Assembly: GCA_903856085.1 (NCBI GenBank)
Contig: CAIOAT010000013.1
Span: 39,430 to 103,429, forward strand
Source: Candidatus Omnitrophota bacterium
GTDB lineage: Bacteria; Omnitrophota; Omnitrophia; Omnitrophales; Aquincolibacteriaceae
Direction of reading: 5' to 3'
Length of the DNA stretch: 64,000 nt
The first letter of the stretch is position 1, and each line of letters opens with the position of its first letter. Under the pieces are notes generated by a model, which made no database searches, was not told the origin of the DNA, and saw only the letters and a list, made by a program, of their open reading frames with translations. Below are positions 9,999 to 18,988 of the stretch, piece after piece. The position numbers and the translations under genes were made by a program.

Positions 9999-10112
9999 AT
10001 CCTTAAATCTCCTTTTTGTGCTACTTTTTCGCGGCGCAGCCCAGATCTTCTTGGGTTTGTGTGAGGCGGTACTGCACCATCACTCGAAATCTCCCTCATT
10101 TCGCCTGGGTAT

Positions 10113-10275
10113 AAAAAAAACGCCTTCAAGTTCCAAGCAATACCCTGCACCTGCAGGCCATCACTTAAAACCAAAGACGTTGTTTAGCGTTTACTTTCCA
10201 CGTCACCGAGAGGCTTAAGGCCTTCCGGTGCTACCCTTTCAAAACTTCGGGGTTCTTTCGGGTTTCACCTCACTG
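10113..10275 (-). promoter_or_regulatory. putative structured attenuator or riboswitch-like leader
   Basis: Alternative helices plus a long GU-rich terminator stem ending in U8, upstream of the 9693-9998 gene. Confidence 0.55.
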
Positions 10276-10427
10276 TTGTTTTCGACTGTTACCAAAAGTG
10301 TACGTTGGAAAACGTTCCCTGTCAAATGGGCTAGGCCTTTTTTCAATCTAATCTGCCAGGGGATTTTGATGCGCCAAAAAGGATCATAAAAACCACAAGT
10401 CGTTGATAATAAAAGAGATGGAGATGC

Positions 10428-12065
10428 TCAAATCTTTCTTTTATCCGAGACCCAGAATTCCATTCTTTTATTGAGCATGAGCCGTGTCTGGGCATCCAAA
10501 GCGGGCATCGCGCTCAGAAAAACAAGAATGAAAGGAACGAGGAACCACTCTAATCCATGGATCAAAGTCCAGAAGAACGAGAACCTTTTCTTCTTTTTTG
10601 GAAGGAGCCAAAGACTCATGATGATGGTCCCCAAGAGAGCGATTGTGGAGAGTCCAAAGATCGCCTGGGTAAACCGGCCCGCATTGTAATAAAGAACGGT
10701 GTTCGAAAATTCATTGCCCGCGGAGATCGCGGGAAGCCATCCAACAAAGGTCAGCAAGAATGGCAGGGCCGCCCAAGTAACCTGACCCTCAAAAAGCTTG
10801 AAGCCGTGCTGAAGTTTGTCGGAAAAGGATATTTTTTTATTCACAAGGAATCCGCGCATCACAAGCGGGAAATTCTCCACACCCCACGCCCACCGCCTTT
10901 TTTGCTTGTAAAGACTCCCCACGGTCCCCCACCACGAGCCGGCATCCACGATATCCATAGACAGAGTCGTTGGCATCGGAACGACCTGATAGTGCCCATC
11001 GAAATAGAGGTAGGACTTCCAAAAGATCCCGGAATCTTCCGAGATCATGTCCGTCGACCAATACCCCACGTCCACGAGCGCTTTAAAACTCATGCTATGG
11101 CTTGAGAACGTCACAAGTCTTTCCGGATCGGTGGTCTCGATCAGCTGAAAAAAAGAAGAACCGGTCTCGATCACGCGCGCGAACCCGGGCACTTCCCAGA
11201 TATTGTTATGAAAAACAGGGATGGGCTGAAAACTCGCCCGGTGCCGGTCAGGGCAATTCATAAAACAATAGGTCAGACAGGCAAAGTAATCGGGACCCAC
11301 GACCGTGTCCGCATCAAAACAAGAAACGATCACATTCTCGAACGGGATCTTGTTCTCTTCAAAATACTTCGCCGCAGCTCTCGCGGCATAACTCGCATTC
11401 GCACCTTTCACTCGGGCCTCCCCGGGAAGACCATCCGGATGCTCCACCACAAGGAACCCCATGAACCGGTCACGATACTCGCCCGCGATCCGCGTCATCC
11501 CTTCTCTCACGGACTGCTCGGCCCTTGCTTCCACCGCTAGCGTGATGATCGTCTGCCGGGCAAAAGCCTTATTTTGGGCGACACTCAAGACGTTCGCCGC
11601 CACCACCGACGGAGATTCTTTTACGACGGGGATCACCACTAAATGGAAGATCTCCGAGGATTGCGGCACGATGTCCCCTGATTTTTCCAGTCGTTCCAGA
11701 TCTTTCTGATGCGTCCAATGAGAGATTCGTTTATACCAGTCTTTCTCACGACACGCCTTGCGGGTTTCTCCAAGATAAGCATCGAAGCGATCCATCCCGC
11801 GGATCCTTGCCAGCCAATCCGTGTCCTTTTCGATCGAAAGTCTGACATAGGAAAGAAGAAGAAAGATCGTCAGATAAAAAAGCCGTAGGACCCAGGCTAA
11901 CATAAAAGCGATCACAGCGATTGCGGCAACCAGGGGCGCCCAGATCGAAAGCGCCACCAGCCCCAGGATCAAGGTCCAACTGGTCAGGCCCGGAAGCGTT
12001 TCGAAGAAACGCTGCAGGATAATTTCTTTTTTGCTCAACCCCTGACGCGAATAACGGAATTTCAT
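10428..12065 (-). CDS. membrane-embedded processive glycosyltransferase family 2
   Basis: FDADT, SED and QKRRW (D,D,D,QxxRW) motifs with N- and C-terminal TM helices. Confidence 0.88.
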   Translation of the reverse strand: MKFRYSRQGLSKKEIILQRFFETLPGLTSWTLILGLVALSIWAPLVAAIAVIAFMLAWVLRLFYLTIFLLLSYVRLSIEKDTDWLARIRGMDRFDAYLGETRKACREKDWYKRISHWTHQKDLERLEKSGDIVPQSSEIFHLVVIPVVKESPSVVAANVLSVAQNKAFARQTIITLAVEARAEQSVREGMTRIAGEYRDRFMGFLVVEHPDGLPGEARVKGANASYAARAAAKYFEENKIPFENVIVSCFDADTVVGPDYFACLTYCFMNCPDRHRASFQPIPVFHNNIWEVPGFARVIETGSSFFQLIETTDPERLVTFSSHSMSFKALVDVGYWSTDMISEDSGIFWKSYLYFDGHYQVVPMPTTLSMDIVDAGSWWGTVGSLYKQKRRWAWGVENFPLVMRGFLVNKKISFSDKLQHGFKLFEGQVTWAALPFLLTFVGWLPAISAGNEFSNTVLYYNAGRFTQAIFGLSTIALLGTIIMSLWLLPKKKKRFSFFWTLIHGLEWFLVPFILVFLSAMPALDAQTRLMLNKRMEFWVSDKRKI

Positions 12066-13519
12066 TTTATCGCCCCCTGGGTTTCTTTTTCCAATTCATT
12101 GATCACGCCGGAAAAGGTGATCCCCTCCGGAAGAATATCCGCAGCCACAAGCTCGCCCCTGGAGGGTTCCAGATAATAAAGTCTTCCGGTTTTTTCAGCA
12201 TAAAAAACCTCGCTCCGCGCCCGCACACTCACGAGCTTCTCCAGGGGAATGTCCCGCTCCCCCATCCGTGCGAGAAATATTTTATCGTCATCGCAGAACA
12301 GGACATACGCGGCATCATAGACAAAATAGGCCTGGCGGATGTTCTTTCCCTTCTCAAAAAGCCACTCGATCTCGGGCCCACGCTCAAAAAATTCTTTTTT
12401 TCGTTCCGGTTTTTCAAAATCCAGAACCCCGACCCGCTCCCCCTGCCACAACACGACCTTCCTTCCCCCCGCATCGGTCTGATATCCCCGCACCCCTCCG
12501 TCCACAAAACGGTAGGGCAGCGCGTTTGAAAAAAGTTCTCCGCGGTCTCCGTAGAAACAGATCGTATGATTTGAAATAAAATCGATCTTATATTTCATCT
12601 CTCCCCTGAAAAGATTTTCGAGAAAAATGCCTTTTTCCACCAGGGACTCTTCTCCTCTTTTGGCGTTGAAACCCAACCGGACAATCGAGGACCCGCAAAG
12701 AGCATAAACTTTGCTCCTAAAAAGCCCGAAACCCCGGATCTTTGAAAGGAAATCCGAAAGCACTGTCATCTTTTCAAGGTCCAATCGTGAAAGATCCTGG
12801 CCCAACAACGCGAAAAGATAATCGGGATGGCTACCCTCCCACGAGATCTCGTCTGGCTCTCCCCCTGTAAAAAGGATCGAGAGATCCTTCGCTTCCGATT
12901 TTTCTTTATCAAGCTGGCACCCCAGGAATTTCATGCCCCCGGAAGTCTTCACCTGAAGAATAATGAAGGAACTCTCTTTGACCTTGAAAACCCTGACGAG
13001 TTTTGCTTCCGCGAACGAAGATGTTTCGGGGAGGACTGAACGAGAAACTTCATTCTTCCAGTCAAAAACCTTCAGATCTCCGGCACGCTCCCCACTTTTA
13101 AGAAGCAGAAAATGTGTCCCGGAAACAGTCCAAAGGTCTTCGAAGGGCGCGGCGACCAAGGTCCGGATCTTGACACTTTGAGGAACCAACAAAACTTTTT
13201 CAAAGTTAACGGCCTTCCCCGACTCCACTTTCACCTTCCGTTCCCAAGCCCTATGATCGCGCAAAAGGATCTTCACATCGTACTGTCCAGGAAGAAGGTT
13301 CCGGATCGTGGCGGGCGTCCTTTCCGCGTAGCGTCTCTTCGCAATCAAAATGGAAGCATTCACGGGAAGCGTCTCGATATGGATCAGTCCCGTCTTGGCA
13401 AATCCTTCTTCGACCTTGGGCGTGAAGATATAGCCGAACGCATAGAGGATAATGATCGGGCACAGAGCAAGATAGAGCGCAAGAAAAAGATAAAAAAGGA
13501 TCTTCCGGAAAATAATCAT
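12062..13519 (-). CDS. membrane-anchored PEGA-domain protein with beta-rich C-terminal region
   Basis: N-terminal TM; TGLIHIETLP...TPATIRNLLPGQYDVKI PEGA pattern; ATGA overlap with the GT2 gene. Confidence 0.8.
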   Translation of the reverse strand: MIIFRKILFYLFLALYLALCPIIILYAFGYIFTPKVEEGFAKTGLIHIETLPVNASILIAKRRYAERTPATIRNLLPGQYDVKILLRDHRAWERKVKVESGKAVNFEKVLLVPQSVKIRTLVAAPFEDLWTVSGTHFLLLKSGERAGDLKVFDWKNEVSRSVLPETSSFAEAKLVRVFKVKESSFIILQVKTSGGMKFLGCQLDKEKSEAKDLSILFTGGEPDEISWEGSHPDYLFALLGQDLSRLDLEKMTVLSDFLSKIRGFGLFRSKVYALCGSSIVRLGFNAKRGEESLVEKGIFLENLFRGEMKYKIDFISNHTICFYGDRGELFSNALPYRFVDGGVRGYQTDAGGRKVVLWQGERVGVLDFEKPERKKEFFERGPEIEWLFEKGKNIRQAYFVYDAAYVLFCDDDKIFLARMGERDIPLEKLVSVRARSEVFYAEKTGRLYYLEPSRGELVAADILPEGITFSGVINELEKETQGAIK

Positions 13520-13636
13520 GGCAGCACATTATGCCATAAGGCGTCCTTGTCGTTCCCTTCTTTTTTAAAATGGTCGACAAGGACAGCACGCCCCTATCGG
13601 CGAAAGCTTAAAGCTGTGGGGATAGGCTCGAAGGAA

Positions 13637-15115
13637 TCAGACGCCCGAAGCCGGGAATGAAACCGTGAACTCCGCACCATGGCCCAGAAGGCTCGCGACC
13701 TCAATCTTTCCTCTATGGACCTCCGCAATCCAGCGGCAAAGCCCCAACCCGATCCCCGTGGAGGGAATCCCTTCTGCAGAATTCTGGGGACTGAAAAATT
13801 TATCGAAGATCTTCGTCATATCTTCCGCAAGAATCCCCTTCCCAGTATCTCTCACGATCAAAAGAGACTGTCCCCCGCGCCGAACAGCCTCAAGCGTTAC
13901 TCGACCCTCTGAGGGCGTATGTTTGATCGCATTCTCTAGAAGATTGGCGATAAGGCGTTCCAAGAGCCTTCTTTCTCCCTGGATCCGGACCGATCTTTCC
14001 GCTGCGACTTGAAGCGAGATATTTTTTTCGCGAACAATCTGATCAAAACTCTGTGCCACGGAGCGGATCAACGCTTCCAACTCCAAGACCTCCCACTGTA
14101 CCGCCAATTCCCCATCCTCCGCGTGTGCCACCGCCAGCAACTGCTCCACCACATGTGCCATGTCATTGACCACATGAAGCTGATTGCGAAGCACTCGTTC
14201 ATATTCCTCATCAGTCCGGGATTTACGAAGAACAAGTTCTATTTCCCCTTTCATCACGGTCAGAGGCGTACGAAGTTCATGCGAAGCCGCAGCGCTGAAC
14301 TGACGCAACCTTTTGAAACCGCGTTCGAAACGATCGAGCATCTCATTGAAGGTAACACCCAGCCCTTGCAATTCATCTCCTGTTTTTGGCACTTCAATGC
14401 GCTGATGAAGTCGTGATTCACTCATCTGCCGGGCTTCGCGAATCATTTTTCCGACGGGACGCAGCGCAAGACTCGCCAAAAACCATCCGATCACACTGGC
14501 CAAGATCGCGGTCGACGGAATCAGCCAAAGCAACCAGCTTCTCAAACGTTCCAGCGAGGCGTCTGTCTGGAGAAGGGATATCGCCACTTGTACAAAATAA
14601 AGCGAGCGACTCTTTTCAAGAATAGGATACGTCGCTATACGCACTCGATGGCCGTCAGCAACACGATAGGTCTCATAAAACGTCTTTCCAGAACTCGCCC
14701 CCTGGAGCGTCTGAGCATTGACGGGGATCACCCAATTCGCCAAGCTTGGGGAAAAAGCCAATGTTTCGCCCTTTTTGGAAATAATGCGAACAGGACGAAC
14801 GGTATCCAGTTCATCCGTCACCTCGGCCCATCGCCCGACAAGCGCCGGAAATTCTCCACGGGTAACATTTTCAAGAAAAATTTCCGCGATCTTATCCTGA
14901 GAAGAAATGTTCGGATTTTTAGCCACAACTTCGGCTTTCCCAAAAGATTCGATAGCATCCCCAACCCCATCCGCCTCGGAAATCAATAATCGATCGACAT
15001 CCCGAACAAGGTTGGACCGAACATTGGTGTAAAGCACCCCCCCGAACAGAGAGAGGATCACGATCAAGATCGCGGCATACCAAAGAGTCAGAGAAAAGCG
15101 GATGGAGCGGATCAT
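13637..15115 (-). CDS. sensor histidine kinase (HAMP-HisKA-HATPase; CusS/heavy-metal type)
   Basis: Two TM, HAMP, ASHELRTPL, NLLENAIKH, DTGKGI, GIGLG. Confidence 0.95.
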   Translation of the reverse strand: MIRSIRFSLTLWYAAILIVILSLFGGVLYTNVRSNLVRDVDRLLISEADGVGDAIESFGKAEVVAKNPNISSQDKIAEIFLENVTRGEFPALVGRWAEVTDELDTVRPVRIISKKGETLAFSPSLANWVIPVNAQTLQGASSGKTFYETYRVADGHRVRIATYPILEKSRSLYFVQVAISLLQTDASLERLRSWLLWLIPSTAILASVIGWFLASLALRPVGKMIREARQMSESRLHQRIEVPKTGDELQGLGVTFNEMLDRFERGFKRLRQFSAAASHELRTPLTVMKGEIELVLRKSRTDEEYERVLRNQLHVVNDMAHVVEQLLAVAHAEDGELAVQWEVLELEALIRSVAQSFDQIVREKNISLQVAAERSVRIQGERRLLERLIANLLENAIKHTPSEGRVTLEAVRRGGQSLLIVRDTGKGILAEDMTKIFDKFFSPQNSAEGIPSTGIGLGLCRWIAEVHRGKIEVASLLGHGAEFTVSFPASGV

Positions 15116-15792
15116 TCTATTTCAGGGATCTGGAGGATGTAACCCTTCCCGCGCACGGTCTCCAGAAGTTTCGGTAAAAAGCCGTCGTTGATCTTTTGCC
15201 GCAATCTCGCGATATGGACATCGATGACATTAGAAAATGTATCAAAATCAGCTTCCCACACATGTTCCGAAAGCTTGGTTCGTGTCACAATCTCGTTGGG
15301 ATGGCGCAGAAAAAATTCGAGGAGGTCATATTCCCGGTTCGTCAGATCAAGGTCTTTGCCACCGCGCCGCACCCGGTGTTTCAGGGTGTCCATTTGAAGA
15401 TCTCCTGCGGTAAGTACCGTCGGGACCATGTCTCCTCGGCGCCTGAGCAGCGCACGGACGCGTGCCAACAGTTCCTCGAAACCAAAAGGCTTGGTCAGAT
15501 AATCATCCGCCCCCGCGTTCAACCCTTCTACTTTATCCTTGGGTTTATCCTTCGCGGTCAAGATCAAGACCGGCGTGCCACACTTGGACCCACGAAGCGT
15601 TCGCAAAACCTCCATCCCGTCCTTTTTGGGCAGCATGAGATCCAAAATGATGAGGTCATATTCGATGGTCTGGGCCATAAAAAGCGCCTTTTCACCGTCC
15701 GCAGCCATATCCACGGCATACTGTTCTTCCCGTAGGCCTCGGCGGACAAAACTAGCAACGCGGCTGTCATCTTCAGCCAAAAGAATGCGCAT
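15112..15792 (-). CDS. OmpR-family response regulator (CusR/CzcR-like)
   Basis: LAEDD, DLMLP, GADDYLTKPF and winged-helix NVIDVHI...TVRGKGY. Confidence 0.96.
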   Translation of the reverse strand: MRILLAEDDSRVASFVRRGLREEQYAVDMAADGEKALFMAQTIEYDLIILDLMLPKKDGMEVLRTLRGSKCGTPVLILTAKDKPKDKVEGLNAGADDYLTKPFGFEELLARVRALLRRRGDMVPTVLTAGDLQMDTLKHRVRRGGKDLDLTNREYDLLEFFLRHPNEIVTRTKLSEHVWEADFDTFSNVIDVHIARLRQKINDGFLPKLLETVRGKGYILQIPEIE

Positions 15793-15924
15793 CAGAACCT
15801 CTTTGGGTGAATCGTTTCAAGAAACGAAGCTCTATCCTAGATTGCAAAATCTTATCACTAAATCCAAAGACAAAGACAAATAAATCATTCAAGAAAACAG
15901 GCAGGCCTGATTCAACTACGCGCT

Positions 15925-15965
15925 AAAAAACAAAGGGAGCCGCCCTTTTCAGGCAACTCCCTTTG
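15925..15965 (-). terminator. intrinsic terminator after the small secreted-protein gene
   Basis: Minus strand CAAAGGGAGTTGCC-TGAAAAG-GGCGGCTCCCTTTG followed by T6. Confidence 0.8.
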
Positions 15966-16002
15966 CGCCAACACAGTATCCGAAAAGTTTTCGGATAGGT
16001 CC

Positions 16003-16179
16003 TTATGACACCTTCTTCGCTTCAACAACCGTGCCGCCTAAAGCTTTGCAGGCATCGACGGTCCTGACCCATTTCGCTTTTCCATTCACGCTACATTCCA
16101 CGCGCTTAGCGGGCATCGCGGCATAAGCAGCAGTTCCAGCGACCATCAACATGAGCGCAATCATGAGCATCTTTTTCAT
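16003..16179 (-). CDS. 58-aa secreted two-Cys protein (absent from ORF track)
   Basis: AAAGGAGA SD; MKKMLMIALMLMVAGTAAYAAMPAKRVECSVNGKAKWVRTVDACKALGGTVVEAKKVS; has its own terminator. Confidence 0.85.
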   Translation of the reverse strand: MKKMLMIALMLMVAGTAAYAAMPAKRVECSVNGKAKWVRTVDACKALGGTVVEAKKVS

Positions 16180-16275
16180 CGTGTTTCTCCTTTGTTAAAT
16201 CGTTTTTCAATTTTTATCTTCGATCTTCCGCTTACGAACCTAAGGGCCCGGCATCGATCTCCGATTTATGATAGA

Positions 16276-16330
16276 AGTATAGCCCTTCCGACATTACGAA
16301 AAGATGAATCCAACATTACATTTTCTTCAT
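16276..16330 (-). promoter_or_regulatory. promoter with tandem CusR/CzcR-like boxes
   Basis: Minus strand ATGAAGAAAATGTAAT and ATTCATCTTTTCGTAAT immediately upstream of -10 TATACT (16276-16281). Confidence 0.5.
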
Positions 16331-16480
16331 CTTCCAACCAAGTCCTGACCTTCCCTTCAATGGCGACTTGACGGCCTTCGCCTCAGCTTGCTTCCTCTGA
16401 GCATGGTCAAAGACGGCCCCAGCCTTCATTTCTTTTTCCAGTGTAAAGACGCGCGAACCCTCTGCCGATGTCTTAAGGCC

Positions 16481-17113
16481 ATGATAAACTCTCTTGATTT
16501 CGCGATCCTTTCTTTCACTTCCCTTTTTGTCATTGTGGACCCAGTCGGGCTCATCCCTGCCTTTTTAGCCATGACTCAAAAAAACACCAGCCAGGAACGA
16601 GTCCGCATGGCCCAGCTAGCTTCCCTCATCACGTTCGGCATTCTGATCCTGAGCTTCTTGTTCGGTCAGCGGCTTCTTACAGCGTTCGGGATCACACTTC
16701 CAGCCTTTGAGATTGCCGGAGGCATTGTGCTCCTTCTGGTAGCGTTGGACATGCTCCAAGCGCGCCGCACAGCCCTCAAAGAAACCCAAGAAGAAAAAGC
16801 AGAAGGCATTACCAAGGAAGATGTCGCCGTCACCCCCATGGCCATCCCCATGCTTGCGGGCCCCGGAGCCATTACCGCGGTTATTCTGTTGACAAACAAG
16901 GCTGAAACATTCTCACAACATATGATCTTGGCAGGCGCTATCTTTCTTGTCTCGGCGCTGACACTCCTGATCCTCTGGACCGTTGCCGTCCGTTCCAAAA
17001 TACTCAGCGTGATCGCCCTCAAGATTACGGGGCGCCTCATGGGTCTCATCCTCGCCGCGATCGCAGTTCAGTTCATTCTGAACGGCGTCCTGGCAGCCCG
17101 TCTTTTCAGCTAG
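16481..17113 (+). CDS. MarC family membrane protein
   Basis: LFVIVDPVG, AVTPMAIPMLAGPGAI and RLMGLILAAIAV motifs; 6 TM. Confidence 0.93.
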   Translation: MINSLDFAILSFTSLFVIVDPVGLIPAFLAMTQKNTSQERVRMAQLASLITFGILILSFLFGQRLLTAFGITLPAFEIAGGIVLLLVALDMLQARRTALKETQEEKAEGITKEDVAVTPMAIPMLAGPGAITAVILLTNKAETFSQHMILAGAIFLVSALTLLILWTVAVRSKILSVIALKITGRLMGLILAAIAVQFILNGVLAARLFS

Positions 17114-17178
17114 CTCAAGAAAAATCCTCTCAGACCCCTTGTGTCTCCAGCACTTTGCGTATATACTTCGAAGCGTTA

Positions 17179-17199
17179 ATAGTTAATAGATTGAACCAT
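17179..17199. promoter_or_regulatory. candidate MarR operator
   Basis: Imperfect palindrome ATAGTT-N9-AACCAT just downstream of a TATACT hexamer and upstream of the MarR gene. Confidence 0.45.
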
Positions 17200-17232
17200 T
17201 CTGACACGCCGACGACGCCGGAGATTTAAACC

Positions 17233-17682
17233 ATGGGTGAACGAGAAGCCTTCGCAGCAAGTTTCAGGGAACTCCATCCCAAGTTCTCCCGCATGTACGC
17301 CCAAATGCTCACCCGGGTCGATCTGACGCTGCCCCAATACACCCTTCTTTATCAACTGATGCTCTTGGGTACCGTTTCCATGACCGAAATCAGCGGCCGC
17401 CTCGAGATCACCAAACCGGCTGTCACGAACCTGGTGGACCGCCTAGAAGAAAAAAAATTCCTCAAACGCATTCCCCACACCAAAGACCGGCGCGTCATCT
17501 TGCTTGAGATCCTTCCCAGGGGAGAAAAGATCATCACGGAGATCCAGGGACGAAGCCTGGACCTTCTCCTGAAGGCCTACGATCAATTCAATGGGAAAGA
17601 ACACCAAGTGATCCGTTGTTTCTACGCAACGGTCTCAAAAGTCATGGATGATTTTTTGTTGAGGTCTAAAAATGAGGACTAG
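17233..17682 (+). CDS. MarR family transcriptional regulator
   Basis: LTLPQY, ITKPAVTNLVDRLE, DRR motifs. Confidence 0.93.
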   Translation: MGEREAFAASFRELHPKFSRMYAQMLTRVDLTLPQYTLLYQLMLLGTVSMTEISGRLEITKPAVTNLVDRLEEKKFLKRIPHTKDRRVILLEILPRGEKIITEIQGRSLDLLLKAYDQFNGKEHQVIRCFYATVSKVMDDFLLRSKNED

Positions 17683-18988
17683 AAACTTCCTGATTTTCTG
17701 TCTTACACTTTTCGTTTCATTTTTGCCATTTGCTCAGTCCCGTGAAAGCACTTCCCCTGTCCCTGCGGCTGAAACAGATTCTCTTTCCCTGGAAGAATGC
17801 TACCACCTCGCCCTTGTCCAAAGCGAAATCGTGGGCATCCAGAAAGAAGCCATCTCCCGCGCCACGGCGCAAATATTCAATGCGGCAAGCCAGGGACTCG
17901 GCAATGTGGATTTCATCATTGATCGCACGTTTCAGGATGGCCAAAGCGGCAACTTGAGTGTGAGTAGTCCGTCTGGAAGCGCCCCAGTGAGTTCTAACGT
18001 ACACGAAAGCAAATTCACGATCAGCCAGCCGCTTTTCCAGGGTTTTAAGGCTATCGGCGCTTTGACGGGCGCCGGAAGCTATAAACAGGAGCAAACGGAA
18101 GCATGGATCCGCGCCAAGGAGCTTCTTTATACGGATGTGGCTCGCGCTTTTTATAACGTCCTGCGCTATGAGAAAGAGATCGAGATCAACCAAGGCATTC
18201 GCGAACTTCTTCAGGAACGAATTAAAGAGCTGGAAGGGCGCGAAAAAATCGGCCGCTCCCGTGTAAGCGAAGTGATCACGGCCAAAACCAATCTTAAAAT
18301 ACTTGAGGCGGACCTGGCCGCCTCTCAGGGAGCCCTTGCCACGGTCCGTTATATGTTGGAATTCCTAACCGGAACCGAACTTGGGGAGCGCAAACTTGAA
18401 GAAGAAACCTCGGAAGAGGTCTCATCGCAAACGCTTACCGAGCATCTCAAAATGGCCGCGACACGATCCGACGTTAAAGCCGCGGAACAAGCGGTCAAGA
18501 CCGCTTGGCGCGGCATCCTGGTCGCCCAAAGCGGATTCTGGCCTACGCTCACACTCAATCACAATCAATACATGCGCCGCGAAGGCACTTTAGCAAATCT
18601 GGATTGGGACACGCTTTTCAGGTTCGACGTCCCTCTTTTCTCAGGCGGTGAGACCATCGGACAGGTAAAAGATTCCGTAAGCATCCTAAAACAGAAAAAA
18701 CTTTCTTTTACTCTCGCCAGACGCCAGGCCGAACTCGATATCAAGCAAAGCTATCAGATCTGGCTTTCTGCTAAAGAAACAAATGCTCTCTTAATGGAGG
18801 CGGTCCGAGATGCCCAGAAAAATTACGAGATCCAGTCCGAGGAATACACCCGCAGTCTCGTCAGCAATCTGGATGTCCTCGCAGCCCTGGAATCTCTTCA
18901 TAATGCCCGGCAGCGCCAGAACCTGACCTATTATGTAATGAAACAAGATGAGGCGGCCTTCCGGGTCGCCGTCGGAGAAGTGTCATGA
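17672..18988 (+). CDS. TolC family outer membrane efflux protein
   Basis: Signal peptide; two OEP repeats (ISQPLFQG, FDVPLFSGG). Confidence 0.92.
   Translation: MRTRNFLIFCLTLFVSFLPFAQSRESTSPVPAAETDSLSLEECYHLALVQSEIVGIQKEAISRATAQIFNAASQGLGNVDFIIDRTFQDGQSGNLSVSSPSGSAPVSSNVHESKFTISQPLFQGFKAIGALTGAGSYKQEQTEAWIRAKELLYTDVARAFYNVLRYEKEIEINQGIRELLQERIKELEGREKIGRSRVSEVITAKTNLKILEADLAASQGALATVRYMLEFLTGTELGERKLEEETSEEVSSQTLTEHLKMAATRSDVKAAEQAVKTAWRGILVAQSGFWPTLTLNHNQYMRREGTLANLDWDTLFRFDVPLFSGGETIGQVKDSVSILKQKKLSFTLARRQAELDIKQSYQIWLSAKETNALLMEAVRDAQKNYEIQSEEYTRSLVSNLDVLAALESLHNARQRQNLTYYVMKQDEAAFRVAVGEVS

Noticed and set aside
10222-10240. T-box element (AAAGGGTAGCACCGG)
   Set aside because: It lacks the invariant UGGN bulge (reads UAGC), has no recognisable stem I, and the downstream gene is not amino-acid related.
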